Positions 11,893 through 24,087 of a DNA stretch of 64,000 nucleotides are shown here, piece after piece; positions within the stretch are counted from its first letter, which is position 1, and each line of letters begins with the position of its first letter. Location of the stretch: NCBI GenBank assembly GCA_951406725.2, contig OX597814.1, forward strand, positions 82,770,001 to 82,834,000. Reading direction: 5' to 3'. The notes beneath the pieces were generated by a model that was not told the DNA's origin, did no database searches, and worked only from the letters and a program-made list of their open reading frames with translations. Made by a program: the position numbers and the translations under genes. This DNA is from Octopus vulgaris (Eukaryota).

Positions 11893-12680
11893 GAGCTCTA
11901 AAATGTGAGAGAAAAGTTGGACATAAGAAGCATCAAATGTGGTGTGTAAGAGAGATGACTGGGCTGATATGGTCATGTAATGCATATGGATGAGGACAGT
12001 TGTGTGGAAAAGTGTCACAGAGGCAATAAACAGTGGAGGGAACCTGTGGAAGAGGTAGACTCAGGAAGACCTGAGATGAAGTGGTGAAGAACGATCTTTA
12101 AATGCTGGGACTCACAGAGGAAATGACAAGCAACTGAGACCTTTGGAGATATGGGGAGAAGGCTTGGCAAACCGAGTGAAACTGTAGCTGTGGCCAATGC
12201 CAGTATCGCATAACCGACCCATTTAAGAGTACACTTCAATCATTGAGCAATATGCTCTTCTTGAGAAGACCTGTTGAGTCAAATGAAATCATTGTCGTTG
12301 CCGATGCCAGTAATGCTTGACTGGCATCCATGCCAGTGGCACGTAAAAAGCACCATTCAAGTGTGGTTAATGCCAATCACACCAGACTGGTTCCCATAGC
12401 ATGTAAAAAACACCATTCGAGCATGGTCGTTGCCAGTACCACCTGACTGGCTCCTGTGCTAGTGGTACATAAAAAGCACCATTTGAGCATGGTCAATGCC
12501 AGTGCTGCTTCACTGCCAGTGGAACGTAAAATACCACCCACTACACTCTCAGAGTGGTTGGCATTAGGAAGGGCATCCAGCTGTAGAACCCTTGCCAGTT
12601 CAGATGCTAGTCCTCAGTCAAACCATCCAACCCATGCCAGCATGGAAAGCGGACGTTAAATAATGATGATGATGATGATA
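11893..12680 (+). mobile_element. RTE-clade LINE 3' portion (RT C-terminus and 3' UTR)
   Basis: REKLDIRSIKCGV*ER*LG*YGHVMHMDEDSCVEKC...GRLRKT resembles the RLRWYGHV..GRP motif; tandem UTR units and (GAT)n tail. Confidence 0.85.
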
Positions 12681-12823
12681 CTCATACATATCCATCTGTC
12701 TATCTATCACAGATATATATATATATATTTGTAAAAAACATAAATCCCAAAGAAGAAGCACACTCCCCCTTTTTAACACACACACACACACATATATATG
12801 CACATATATATAAATCCACATTC

Positions 12824-12854
<31 letters not shown>

Positions 12855-13873
12855 CATGCATGCATGTATGTATGTCAGTATGTATGTATGTATGTATGTA
12901 TGTATGTATGTATGTAGTACATAATATGTTGCAATCTGATTATATTTCTTTATAAAGCTCTTTATTTGCTATTCTAATCAGATATTATGTTATAGAACCC
13001 AATCCATCAAAAGGATTGCAAAGCAGATATCAAATTATTCATTTTCAATCTAAGTAAATATTCCTTGAATAAATTTGAATATTAAGCAATAACAGACAAA
13101 GAAGTAAAAGAAGAAAAATGCACCAACAACCTAAACTCGAATCAGGAATAAAAACAAAATCCTTGGATTTGGTACAAAGGAATTTTCTAATTTCATAGAC
13201 TTCAAAGTCTTTATATGCTCAGATAGATCTGTCAAACTCAGCTACTAATTCCTCTTAACATAATGCCATATATTTCACTTGATGCAATTATAACATCACT
13301 ACATTCTCTCTCTCTGGTCAATGTTTTACACTCTGTAGGTGTTAGGCATACATACATCATCATCTTCATTGTTAACTCCATTATCATCATATTTATGACA
13401 ATTTTTCCTGGCTTTCATGGGCCAGATGAAATTTTTGAGGCAGCTCTTATGTGGCCAGATGTCCTTCCCATTGGCAACCCTCATACAAGAGGGTGCTGAA
13501 AAGTTCTTGGTTTCATGTAAAAGAAAATACACCAGGATCAGTTAATTATGGTTTTATTCAACATATTCCCCTCTCAGATTCACACACTTATTGCAGCAGC
13601 AGCAGTCCTTCAGTTTTTCTTAGCTCTTCAAAAGAACTTGGAAGATTGGGCCTCCAATCAGGCCTTTCACGATACTCTTAAAGCCAGAAACTTTTCAACA
13701 CCCCTTTGTATGGTTTCCAAGCAAGGTAATATTTTCTCATAGCTAGACATATTTTTCCCAGAAGACTGGGGGAAAAACAACCTCTTATGTCTTAATGATG
13801 CTTATTTACAACTACCATATGATATCTAGACAAGGTACAATAAAGATCCACACATACATACACACACATATAT

Positions 13874-14150
13874 ATGCAACATATGTAAATAAACTTTTGT
13901 TTTTGTTTCTGGAAGTGTTGAATGTTTATCATATCTTACAGACAAGAAAGTAATATCTTGAATGCAGGGCTGCCTGCTGACAACTTTTTCCATCATATAA
14001 GGGTAAAATACACAATCTTCCTGCTGTTTTCACAGCTATACTGCATTTGAAATAAATATTACTTTCTTGTCTGTGTCATACAATACACATTCGACACTTC
14101 CAAAAACAAAAAAAAAACCCCAAAATGTTTGTTTACATATGTTGTTGCAT
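13874..14150. mobile_element. Foldback/MITE with long inverted arms
   Basis: 13874-13967 is the reverse complement of 14041-14150; a partial second copy lies at 14672-14775. Confidence 0.75.
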
Positions 14151-14200
14151 TTCATATAAGATATGTATTTAGTGCTTAATTTGATAGAGATTATTGTCAT

Positions 14201-14600
14201 AGGGACAGGAGTAGCTGTGTGGTAAGTAGCTTGTTTACCAACCACGTGGTTCCGGGTTCAGTCCCACTGCATGGCACCTTGAGCAAGTGTCTTCTACTAT
14301 AGCCTTGTGAGTGGATTTGGTAGACGGAAACTGAAAGAAGCCCGTCATATATATGTATATATATATATATGTATGTGTATGTGTGTGTGTTTGTGTGTCT
14401 GTCCCAATACCATTGCTTGACAACTGATGCTGGTGTCTTTATGTCCCCGTCACTTAGCGGTTCGGCAAAAGAGACCGATAGAATAAGTACTGGGATTACG
14501 AAGAATAAGTCCCGGGGTCAAGTTGCTCGATTAAAGGCGGTGCTCCAGCATGGCTGCAGTCAAATGTCTGAAACAAGTAAAAGAGTAAAAGAGAGAAAAG
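14201..14600 (+). mobile_element. SINE family A, full length
   Basis: Head, core, internal microsatellite and tail are all present. Confidence 0.92.
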
Positions 14601-14827
14601 AGAGAGCAGATGTGCTTAATGACAGAATACTCAGCTGACATCTGGGGAGTACAGGTTTGAGTCCCGTAGCCATCTGCTGACAACTTCTTCTGTCATATAA
14701 GAGTAAAAACCCAATCTTTCTGCTGTTTTCATGGCTATACTGTGTTTGAAATATTACTTTCTTGTCTGTATGATAGGACATACATATATATACATACATA
14801 CACACACACACACACAAACACACACAA

Positions 14828-14865
<38 letters not shown>

Positions 14866-15040
14866 ATGTATTTGGGAAAATGAATAGAAATGGCTTTTCT
14901 GATAATTCTTCCACTTTAATAATTAGATGTTTATAAGTTTTCAAAAGGTGAAACTCTAATAGGAATTTCTCACTTAAAAGCAGTTTTCAAATGGAAAAAT
15001 TATTAGAAAAGCCATTTCTATTCACTTTTTAAAATATATA
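14866..15040. repeat. Palindromic MITE-like element
   Basis: tgaatagaaatggcttttctgataattcttcca versus tggaaaaattattagaaaagccatttctattca. Confidence 0.75.
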
Positions 15041-15072
15041 ATACTGTACCAAGGACATTCTATTTTTTATTC

Positions 15073-15173
<101 letters not shown>

Positions 15174-15204
15174 CATATATGTATTGTTATATTTTAGGAT
15201 CCCT

Positions 15205-16015
15205 TTTTTTCTTTTATTCTTTTACTTGTTTCAGTTATTTGACTCCATCCATGCTGGAGCATTGCCTTTAGTTGAACAAATCAAACCCAGGACTTATTCT
15301 TTGTAAGCCTAGTACTTATCCCATTGGTCTCTTTTGCCAAACTGCTAAGTTACAGGGAAGTAAGCACACCAACATTAGTTGCCAAGCGATGGTGAGAGGA
15401 CACACACACACACACACACATTTACATACATTCATATATATATACATAGGTACAGACGTGGCTGTGTGGTAAGAAGCTTGCTTCCCACCCACATGGTTCC
15501 TGGTTCAGTCCCACTGCGTGGTACCTTGGGCAAGTGTCATCTGCTGTAGCTTCAGGCTGACCAAAGTCTTGTGAGTGGATTTGATGGAAGGAAACTGAAA
15601 GAAGCCCAATGTATATATATATATATTTATATACATTTGTGTGTCTATGTTTATCTCCACCACCATTGCTTGACAACCGATGTTGGTGTGTTTATGTCCC
15701 CGTACTTAGCGTTTCAGCAATAGAGACCGATAGAGTAAGTACTAAGCTTATAAAGAATAAGTCCTGGGGTCAATTTGTTTGACTAAAAGGCAGGCAGTGC
15801 TCCAGCACGGCCGTAGTCAGATGACTGAAATAATATAAGAAATATATATTCAACAGGCTTCTTTCAGTTTCCATCTACCAAATCCATTCACAATGCTTTA
15901 GTTGACCTAAGGCCATCGTAGAAGACATTTGCCCAAGGTGCCAAGCAGTGGGACTGAACCTGGAACCATGTGGTTGGGTAGCAAGCTTCTTACCACACTG
16001 CCACTCCTGCACCTA
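15205..16015 (-). mobile_element. SINE family A split by a nested opposite-strand copy
   Basis: Tail at 15205-15420 and head at 15853-16015 on the minus strand. Confidence 0.88.
15447..15845 (+). mobile_element. SINE family A (nested)
   Basis: Full-length plus-strand copy inside the internal microsatellite of the outer copy. Confidence 0.9.
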
Positions 16016-16240
16016 TATGGTCATTTTTTTTTTTGCCAAATAGACACACACACTGTATATTCAATCTTCAGTCATTTATTACTGTTCTTATTTTAACTGA
16101 TGTCCATTGTCTGGAATTCTTTTGTCACACATCCTTGACCTCTTCAGCAACACTTTCTGTCCTTTTGTATGCTCTTGCTCCACTTAGTCTATTCTGTTTT
16201 ATGATGTATATCTTTATATGTGCATGCATTTGCATCTGTA

Positions 16241-16282
<42 letters not shown>

Positions 16283-16827
16283 TATGCATGTGTGTACATG
16301 TGTCTATGTGTTTCACATGTGTGCTTATGTATGTATATATGGGCTTGTGCCCTTTATACTATTGTTATCATTATTGTCATTGTTCTTTGTGGTACTTTGA
16401 CCCTACTCTCACCTAAATTTTCTCTTCTGTTGCTTCTGCTGTTGTTCTTGACCCTTACTTTTGGTGATTTTGTTCATGTTGTTGTTACTATGGTTGTTGT
16501 TTTTGTGGTCATTTGTGAAGTTACTGTATGTGTGTTTGTGTGTGTATATGGGTTTGCTTACTATATTGTTTGCATTTCTGCCCTTTATATAGTTTTTTTT
16601 TTTACTTATCTCTGTTTCTTATATTTATCATAGGTATGTACATGTTTGTCTTTTGTGTGTGTATTACACTGTTGGTACGTGTTACTCCTTTTTGTTTTCT
16701 CCTTTGTTGCATGGTGTGGTGGTGGTGGTGTTATTATTCCATTTGTATTTTCTGTTAAGGCTTGGTCTGTCTATTAGCATGTGTGTGGCCTCTGTAATCT
16801 ATCTAAGTGTTGTGTCAGTTCTATGCA

Positions 16828-17064
16828 TTGATAATACCTTAACATCTATGTTATTAACTGAGCCTCTATGTTCTGCTTGAGCATGTTGGTAGAGCACTGA
16901 TGAGCCTTTCTTCTCTTTGAGCTCTTCAGCATGCAGTATAAGGGAGCAGGTAGGGGAACACTGGTAGGAGTTCAAAGAGAAGAAAGACTCATCAGTACTT
17001 GACCAACATGCTCAAGTAGAACATAAAGATTTGGTTAATAACATAGAGGTTAAGGTATTATCAA
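16828..17064. repeat. Foldback element, ~100-bp inverted arms
   Basis: ttgataataccttaac...ctttcttctctttgagctc versus gagttcaaagagaagaaag...gttaaggtattatcaa. Confidence 0.9.
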
Positions 17065-17281
17065 CTTGGTGGAATTTGAACTCAAAACCTAATGGCAGAC
17101 GAAACACTGCTAAGCATTTCATCTGGTGTGCTAATGATTCTGCTTGCTCATCACCTTAATATAATATAATAATATAACAAATGTGAACGTCAGTGCATCA
17201 GTGTGTCACACTTTTTCAACTTTACTCCTAGAGGCAGTAGCCCAACATATACCATTTTTGAATCTGGTTGACTCCATGAGT

Positions 17282-17492
17282 AAATTAAAAACATTCCAGG
17301 CTGAATCCAGACCCACAATCCTGAAATTTTGGATTCCCAAGTTTTCATTACTGTGATTGCTTACGGTGACTTTTTTATATAACAATTTTTATAATCTAAA
17401 TTAAAAACATTCCAAGCCAAATCTGGACCTGCAATCCTGAAATTTTGGATTCCTATGGTTTCATTACTGCGATTATTTTAGGCGATTTTTTT
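17282..17492. repeat. Diverged ~116-bp tandem duplication
   Basis: aaattaaaaacattcca...caatcctgaaattttggattcc...tttcattactg occurs twice. Confidence 0.85.
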
Positions 17493-18010
17493 ACATGATT
17501 TCTTCCCACGAATATGATCATTTAGATATGACTCAGGAGAAAGCAATTGCAATAAATTTTCCAAAACAAGTTAGTGATCTGTTTGCAGATCTTCCTATTC
17601 CTCTCAGTGAAAGTGAAAATAAAGAGGCTTAAAAGAGTTATTAAACAATATTGTTGAATGAGGAATATGAGTAGGAGAGTGAGAATTAATTAACAGAGAG
17701 CAAGCTACAGAAATAAGTTTGATCATGCTAATTAGTAAAGTTAGTAAAGTTACTTCTTCAGTCATACTGCAGGTTTCCCAGTTTCATGGCATATATATTC
17801 CTCACCTGGACAAGATGCTGGTCTATTGCAAGATTACATGTTTTTGCCAGCTGAGTGGACTGGGGCAACATGAAATGAAGTGTTTTGCTCAAGAACACAT
17901 GTTGCCTGGTCCAGGAATCAAAACCACAATCTTATGATCATGACTCCAACACCCCTCGCCACTAAGCCACGCACTTCCATGATCATGCTAATTACATACA
18001 TAGGTAACAT

Positions 18011-18053
<43 letters not shown>

Positions 18054-18581
18054 ACCTTTGGACATTACAGTCTTAAGTCCCAATACTTGCGGGGTTGGTT
18101 AAGTGATTTCCATGGCTTATAAATGAATGAGATCACAACATATCCTTTGAAAAGAGTTACTCATTTACCCCTGAGTGGACTGGAGCAACATTAAATGAAG
18201 TGTTTTGCTAAGATGGAACCCTGACATATACTACTGTTATGGGTCAAAACAGACCCGGGAGTAATGGTAATTAAGGAATGGCTCCATGACCCCACAATTC
18301 CAGAACTCCCAAACTGGACCCTCACCACTAGACACAGTTTAATGTCATGCCTTGGCTGTATGGATGGATGTACATGCATACACATGAATCCCCATTTGAC
18401 ATCAGTTTGGTGAGAAAAATACTGGAGAGACAAAATATTTATGGACCATTTATGATGAATTTTAAATATACATACAACTTTAAACCTATTACTTGTAGAG
18501 TGACAAAACTTTTTTCTTTGATGAAAAGAACAAGGCACTTGATTGTTGTTGATCTAAATAAACTTTAAAACTCCAATCAAT

Positions 18582-18645
<64 letters not shown>

Positions 18646-19039
18646 AACAAACTACACATACAATATATATAGAAAGACAGAAAGATATGCAGATGATGCA
18701 TATATAATTAGCATTTGATATCGTTTTACACCCACTTTTCCTTACATGTATGAGTTGGATGTTTTTACTGAATTAGTGTTTTACAGCCAAATTCCTTTTC
18801 TATTATGAACTCTCATCAACTTCTTCAAGTATCACTTGAAAAGGAAGGTGAGAGTAGAGAAGGAAGTTTTGTCTAGCGAATGCTTCAACAAAAGATGGGT
18901 GAATGTAGCAAGGATAGCATGTGTGAATGATGGAGCCACCTTGAGCATGATCCTATGAACCAGAAAAAAACATAGAGAAAAAGAGAGTTACCTACTTGTA
19001 AATGTGTTATTGTATGACATTATTGCCCAAGGTTACTGT

Positions 19040-19243
19040 AGTCTTTTCGTAGGTTTTTCTTTCCACAGATAAACCTCCCCCACTTTTGGGAACATTTTGT
19101 ACTATTTCGACTTTTGTATATCCCTTTTGATCGTTGTTCCTATTTATATTTATTTTTTGTTTGTTTTTGCCCCCCTTGAAAAGAAAAAATTCTACATTGT
19201 ATTTGTCCCTCTATGTTCAAGCCCTGTGTGGCCAATAAAGAAA
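19040..19243 (+). mobile_element. Probable non-LTR retrotransposon 3' end
   Basis: Pyrimidine-rich UTR ending agccctgtgtggccAATAAAgaaa; single copy in the window, so family is unconfirmed. Confidence 0.4.
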
Positions 19244-19633
19244 GTTATTTATCTATCTGCCTGTCTGTCTATCTAGTTATTCATCTATCTGTCTGTCTGA
19301 CTATCTAGTTACCAATTTGTCTATCTGTCATCTGTTTGTCTAACTATCTGTCTGTCTGTCTGCCTGCCTGCCTGTCCTGACAAAGGTGGTTAAGTGTTAA
19401 AACCTGTAACAGCAACTAAACTCTTATTGTCTATTGCCTCTCATACTATTCTGCCATAAGACATTTACCAACATTTAACTATACAGATGCTACATTCATA
19501 CTTTTAACCATATGTTGCTTGAGATATGCCAATGCATCATAATCATAATATGTCTTCAGGAAATGATTAGTGATTTAACTGCTGGAATGAAAATTGATTC
19601 AAATACATTTGCACTATAAAAAGGTTTTATTTC

Positions 19634-19665
<32 letters not shown>

Positions 19666-20499
19666 TTCTCTCTTTCCCTCTCTCTCCTTCTCTTTGTCTC
19701 TCTCTCTGTTAATGCCTTCATTAAATGCATAATGTATAAATTATAAAGTAATTTAATTGTGAAGAGTTGTCCCAGAAGACATTAATTGTCAAATGACTTA
19801 TAGCTGAAGTTGAAAGGCTGAGTTTAAAAGGAATATTTTTCATATTTAGCATCACATTAGAGTAGAAAATATGCTATGATATTATAATCTGTATGCATTG
19901 AAATTTAGATATAAATATGTTTTCTTTGTATTTATGTAGTTCTTTTCAATTATTACTCATGTTTATAAAGATGTTGGACACCAGATCTATTGATATCATA
20001 TTGACGCTATATCTATCAATGAACATCAAGAACGTGTAAATGAGGAAAACTTGGCTAAGGTATTTAACATCCTCCTTGTGAAAGATCATTTTAATAAAGA
20101 ATTTATTTGTGTTCAAGGTGTTTATTGATTCACACCACTGAGTCACAATATATTGCTCTTTAATTAAATGGTTTATTCAGGGTGGCTCCTGTGAACTTCT
20201 CTGGGCTGGTAAGCTGGAAGGCTGCACCAAACTCAGTGACCCCTGTGAACTTCTCAGATGATTCTCTGTGCCAGCAATATCAATGTGGTCAACATTCATC
20301 TTCAACAACTGTAACTTGATGATAACAGTGAAAGGGAGATGGGTTGGGAAAGAAGGGATATGGTTGCACAGAAAATTCTTGAGGTCAAAAGTTTCAGGAA
20401 AAAGGATTAGTAAACTATCTAGTGTAAGGGCCTGGATGGGAAGGCATGATATTGGTAATGAAAATAAAAAAGACTGTGTTGGACAGCTTGGCTGAAGGT

Positions 20500-20817
20500 G
20501 TTATGCATCTGAGTTCCTTTCGAGTGTTGGGCCTCACAAAGGCAATGACTGAAACCTATGACATTATGCTGTGCTTGGGAAGAAGACCCATCAATCCAAG
20601 CAAAATCACAATTGTGGCAGATATCAGTGTCACACAAATGGCACCCGTGCTGGTGGCATGTAAAAGCACCTATTACACTTTCAGAGTGGTTGGCATTAGG
20701 AAAGGCATCCAGCCATAGAAAACCATGCCAAATCAGACTGGAGTCTGGTGCAGCCTTCCAACTTACCAGCCCTGGTCAAACTGTCTAACTCATGCCAGTA
20801 TGGACAACGGATGTTAA

Positions 20818-20850
<33 letters not shown>
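20500..20850 (+). mobile_element. RTE-clade LINE 3' end
   Basis: Homologous to 12100-12680; one pseudoknot unit and a (GAT)n tail. Confidence 0.85.
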
Positions 20851-20852
<2 letters not shown>

Positions 20853-21111
20853 TTCTTTCAAAGTACACCCTGCTTTGGAAGAACACATGGGAAATGCAGT
20901 TCTCAATATAGTTGACTGCAGCAACAACAAAAACAACGGCAGCTAAATCTGAGGAGCAAAGGCCAGTGAAATATCAGTTGCAAAAGTGGTGTGAGGTGGA
21001 TGGCATCACATCTGTGGGCTAGAAGTTTTGAATGCAGTCTTGGATATCCATGTTTGTACCAGCAGGTTTGTTTTAAATTTGGGAGCTGTGTTCTATTGTG
21101 AGTCCCACTTG

Positions 21112-21620
21112 AGCTTAAAACATTCAACTGTCCACTGATCAGACAATGCTGAAAAAATAAAAGATTCCTATTGATCTTCTTAGCTTAGGAACATTCATGT
21201 AAACCTGCAAACTTCCAGTGTAATAATTCAGTATTTTAATATTGGAAAAGTTACTATCTTACAGAGTTTAGTCATGTCTCTTTAGATTTTCTATTCAAAT
21301 CTTACTGATGATGGCAGGAAAATATTTAAAAAGGCAGGGATGGTGGTGGAGGAAATATAGGTGCAAATGGAATTCTAGAGGCCAACATTTTGGGGAAAGA
21401 CTGGAAAAGAGGTAGATTCAGATCAACCCAGCAAGATTTAAACAAAGAATAAAGAAACACAACTAAACGCTGAAAGACACTTACCTTTCCAATATTAAAA
21501 TGCTATATTATCATGCAGGATATTTACTAGCTCAAGTAAATGTTCCTAAGCTAAGAAGATCAATAGAAACCTTTATCTTTTCAACGTTGTGTGATAAGTG
21601 GACAGTAGAATGTTTGCTCA
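21112..21620. mobile_element. Foldback/MITE with ~190-bp inverted arms
   Basis: 21112-21307 is the diverged reverse complement of 21430-21620 (ctattgatcttcttagcttaggaacatt / aatgttcctaagctaagaagatcaatag). Confidence 0.85.
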
Positions 21621-21936
21621 CCATTATAAGCAGGAAAACTGGACACTATAAATAATCACGTTATCAAATGGGAACTCAAGCCATTTACACGACTCTTTGA
21701 ATGTAAACTGGAAAATTAAATTGTTAGCTGGTGTAGAGTTTCTTCACGTTGGTTACAGGAATAATATATACTGAAGTGGTATTAGATTGTTACTTTGTGC
21801 TGTTGCTGTGCCAAATCCATACTCTTGTGAATTGTGTAGTTACAGAATGTGCTTCCCTCATTTTCACACTATATATGAACCAAGTGGATTAATCTACCAC
21901 AAAATATGCAGATGGGTAAAGGAAGCATTTAGAGAT

Positions 21937-22085
21937 TGTGGTAAGTAGCTTGTTTATCAACCACATGGTTCCGGGTTCATTCCCACTGCATGGCATCTTG
22001 AGCAAGTGTCTTCTACTATAGCCTCGGGCCGACCAAAGCCTTGTGAGTGGATTTGGTAGACAGAAACTGAAAGAAGCCCATCATA

Positions 22086-22160
<75 letters not shown>

Positions 22161-22385
22161 GGGTGTCTTGATGTGTTTGTGTTTGTCCCCCAACATCGCT
22201 TGACAACTGATACTGGTGTGTTTACGTCCCCGTAACTTAGCGGTTCGGCAAAAGTGACCAATGGAATAAGTACTAGGCTTACAAAGAATAAATCCTGGGG
22301 TTGATTTGCTCGACTAAAGGTGGTGCTCCAGCGTAGCCACAGTCAAATGACTGAAACAAGTAAAAGAGTAAAGAGTAAAGAGTAT
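21937..22385 (+). mobile_element. SINE family A
   Basis: Near-full copy with an expanded internal (TA)n tract. Confidence 0.92.
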
Positions 22386-22398
22386 ATATATTATGCAT

Positions 22399-22432
<34 letters not shown>

Positions 22433-22817
22433 TCTTTTATTTTTTCTATGTGTTTCAGCCTGATGGCTGTGGCAATATAAGCATATATATATATACCAGA
22501 GTAAGAACATAAACACGAAACAAGGTGGAAAAAATTGTACTCGAATACCAGAGGTAGAGTAATATGCTTTATTAAAAAGCAGCAAAAAAATCACAGAGTT
22601 TCACATTCTGTTTGTCTGACAATTTTGTTTAGAATGGAGCAAGGTAGAGTTATATGCAGAATTACAATTACTTTGATAGATACACATTTGAAAATGGTTT
22701 TGATTAATTGGTCCTTTCATCTAACAGTCTTTTCAATAACCAGTTGCATGAAATTACAATTGCAGTTTAAAATCATATTGTTATAAAATTGAAGAAAACC
22801 TTAAATCAAAAATAGCT

Positions 22818-22867
<50 letters not shown>

Positions 22868-22919
22868 AAATGAGAAAAGATGGAGATAAGATTAATAAAA
22901 GTTTATTAACATTGACAAG

Positions 22920-23028
22920 ACCAGATCTACAATTGTTTCATTACTGTAGCGTAAAATTAACACAATTTAATTTAATTTAATTAATTTGGTTAATAACTCC
23001 AAGTGAGAATATTATCTTCAGGGAAGGA
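22920..23028 (-). ncRNA. Hammerhead-like motif in a pLTR-like remnant
   Basis: Minus strand CUGAAGA (23021-23015), long AU-rich insert, GAAA-CAAUUG-UA (22939-22928). Stems I and II are poor. Confidence 0.5.
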
Positions 23029-23030
23029 TG

Positions 23031-23068
<38 letters not shown>

Positions 23069-23939
23069 TGTTATCATTATTATTATCTCTCTTTCATTGA
23101 GCGTCTTTTTCCCAGTCATCTTGTCATGTTGGACTGTAGAACACTGCACACTTTTTCTCTCTTTGATTTTTTTCATTCTCTCTCCATTTTCCCCCTCTTA
23201 ATCCTTCCTGTCAAAGAGTGTAGGCTCAAAATTTAAAAGACTTTTCCATTTTTCCCAAGCATTAAACTAATACACCTGCTTGTTGTTCCTACACCTGTCT
23301 TCATATTTTGTTTTCTGTAAATTTGAACTATATATGTATATATAAGCATTATCAATATGACATAATGTACGTGCATTAAATACTTTGAAGCTGCAGTTTT
23401 TATCTTGAGTAGATCCCTTTAAAGACAGATTATGTTTAAAAGAACAACATGTCTCAAAGATCGGTGAAATGAATTGCCCTGGAAGTGAAAGGGAGTAACA
23501 AATATCAATATTTTGTGTTGTTTCTGCTCCTCAGTTCCACAAATTCATACACCACAGAAATTACTTGCTTTGGCTGGTATGTAAGTTCCTTGAAACAAAA
23601 ATTCTAATTTTGTTTTCCTTGTGTAACATGTTTGCAAATAACTTTTACACTATTATATACATACCTTCAGCTGTCTGAAGCATATTGTTTTGGTGGTGGA
23701 TGAGTGTGTGGCCCTGAAGAGTGGAAATGACTGTGAAATATCAATATCTGTTACTCTCTTTCAATTCTGGGACAATTTTGTTTCCCCTAGCTTTGAGATA
23801 TACTGTGTTTTTAAACACAATACTTCTTCAAAAAAGGGTTTACTCTGGATGATATGCCTGAGCTTCACTGTGTTTAACAATACACATACATTGTCCATCA
23901 TATTGATAATGATTACATAATTTAAGCCACTTCAAATTA

Positions 23940-24087
<148 letters not shown>

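Noticed and set aside
12320-12545. CRISPR-like look: conserved gcacgtaaaaagcacc separated by variable sequence
   Set aside because: The intervening segments are homologous to each other, the array sits in a LINE 3' UTR, the context is eukaryotic and there are no cas genes.
16896-16997. ctgatga / tcatcag within the foldback as a hammerhead
   Set aside because: No correctly placed GAAA, stem III or UH.
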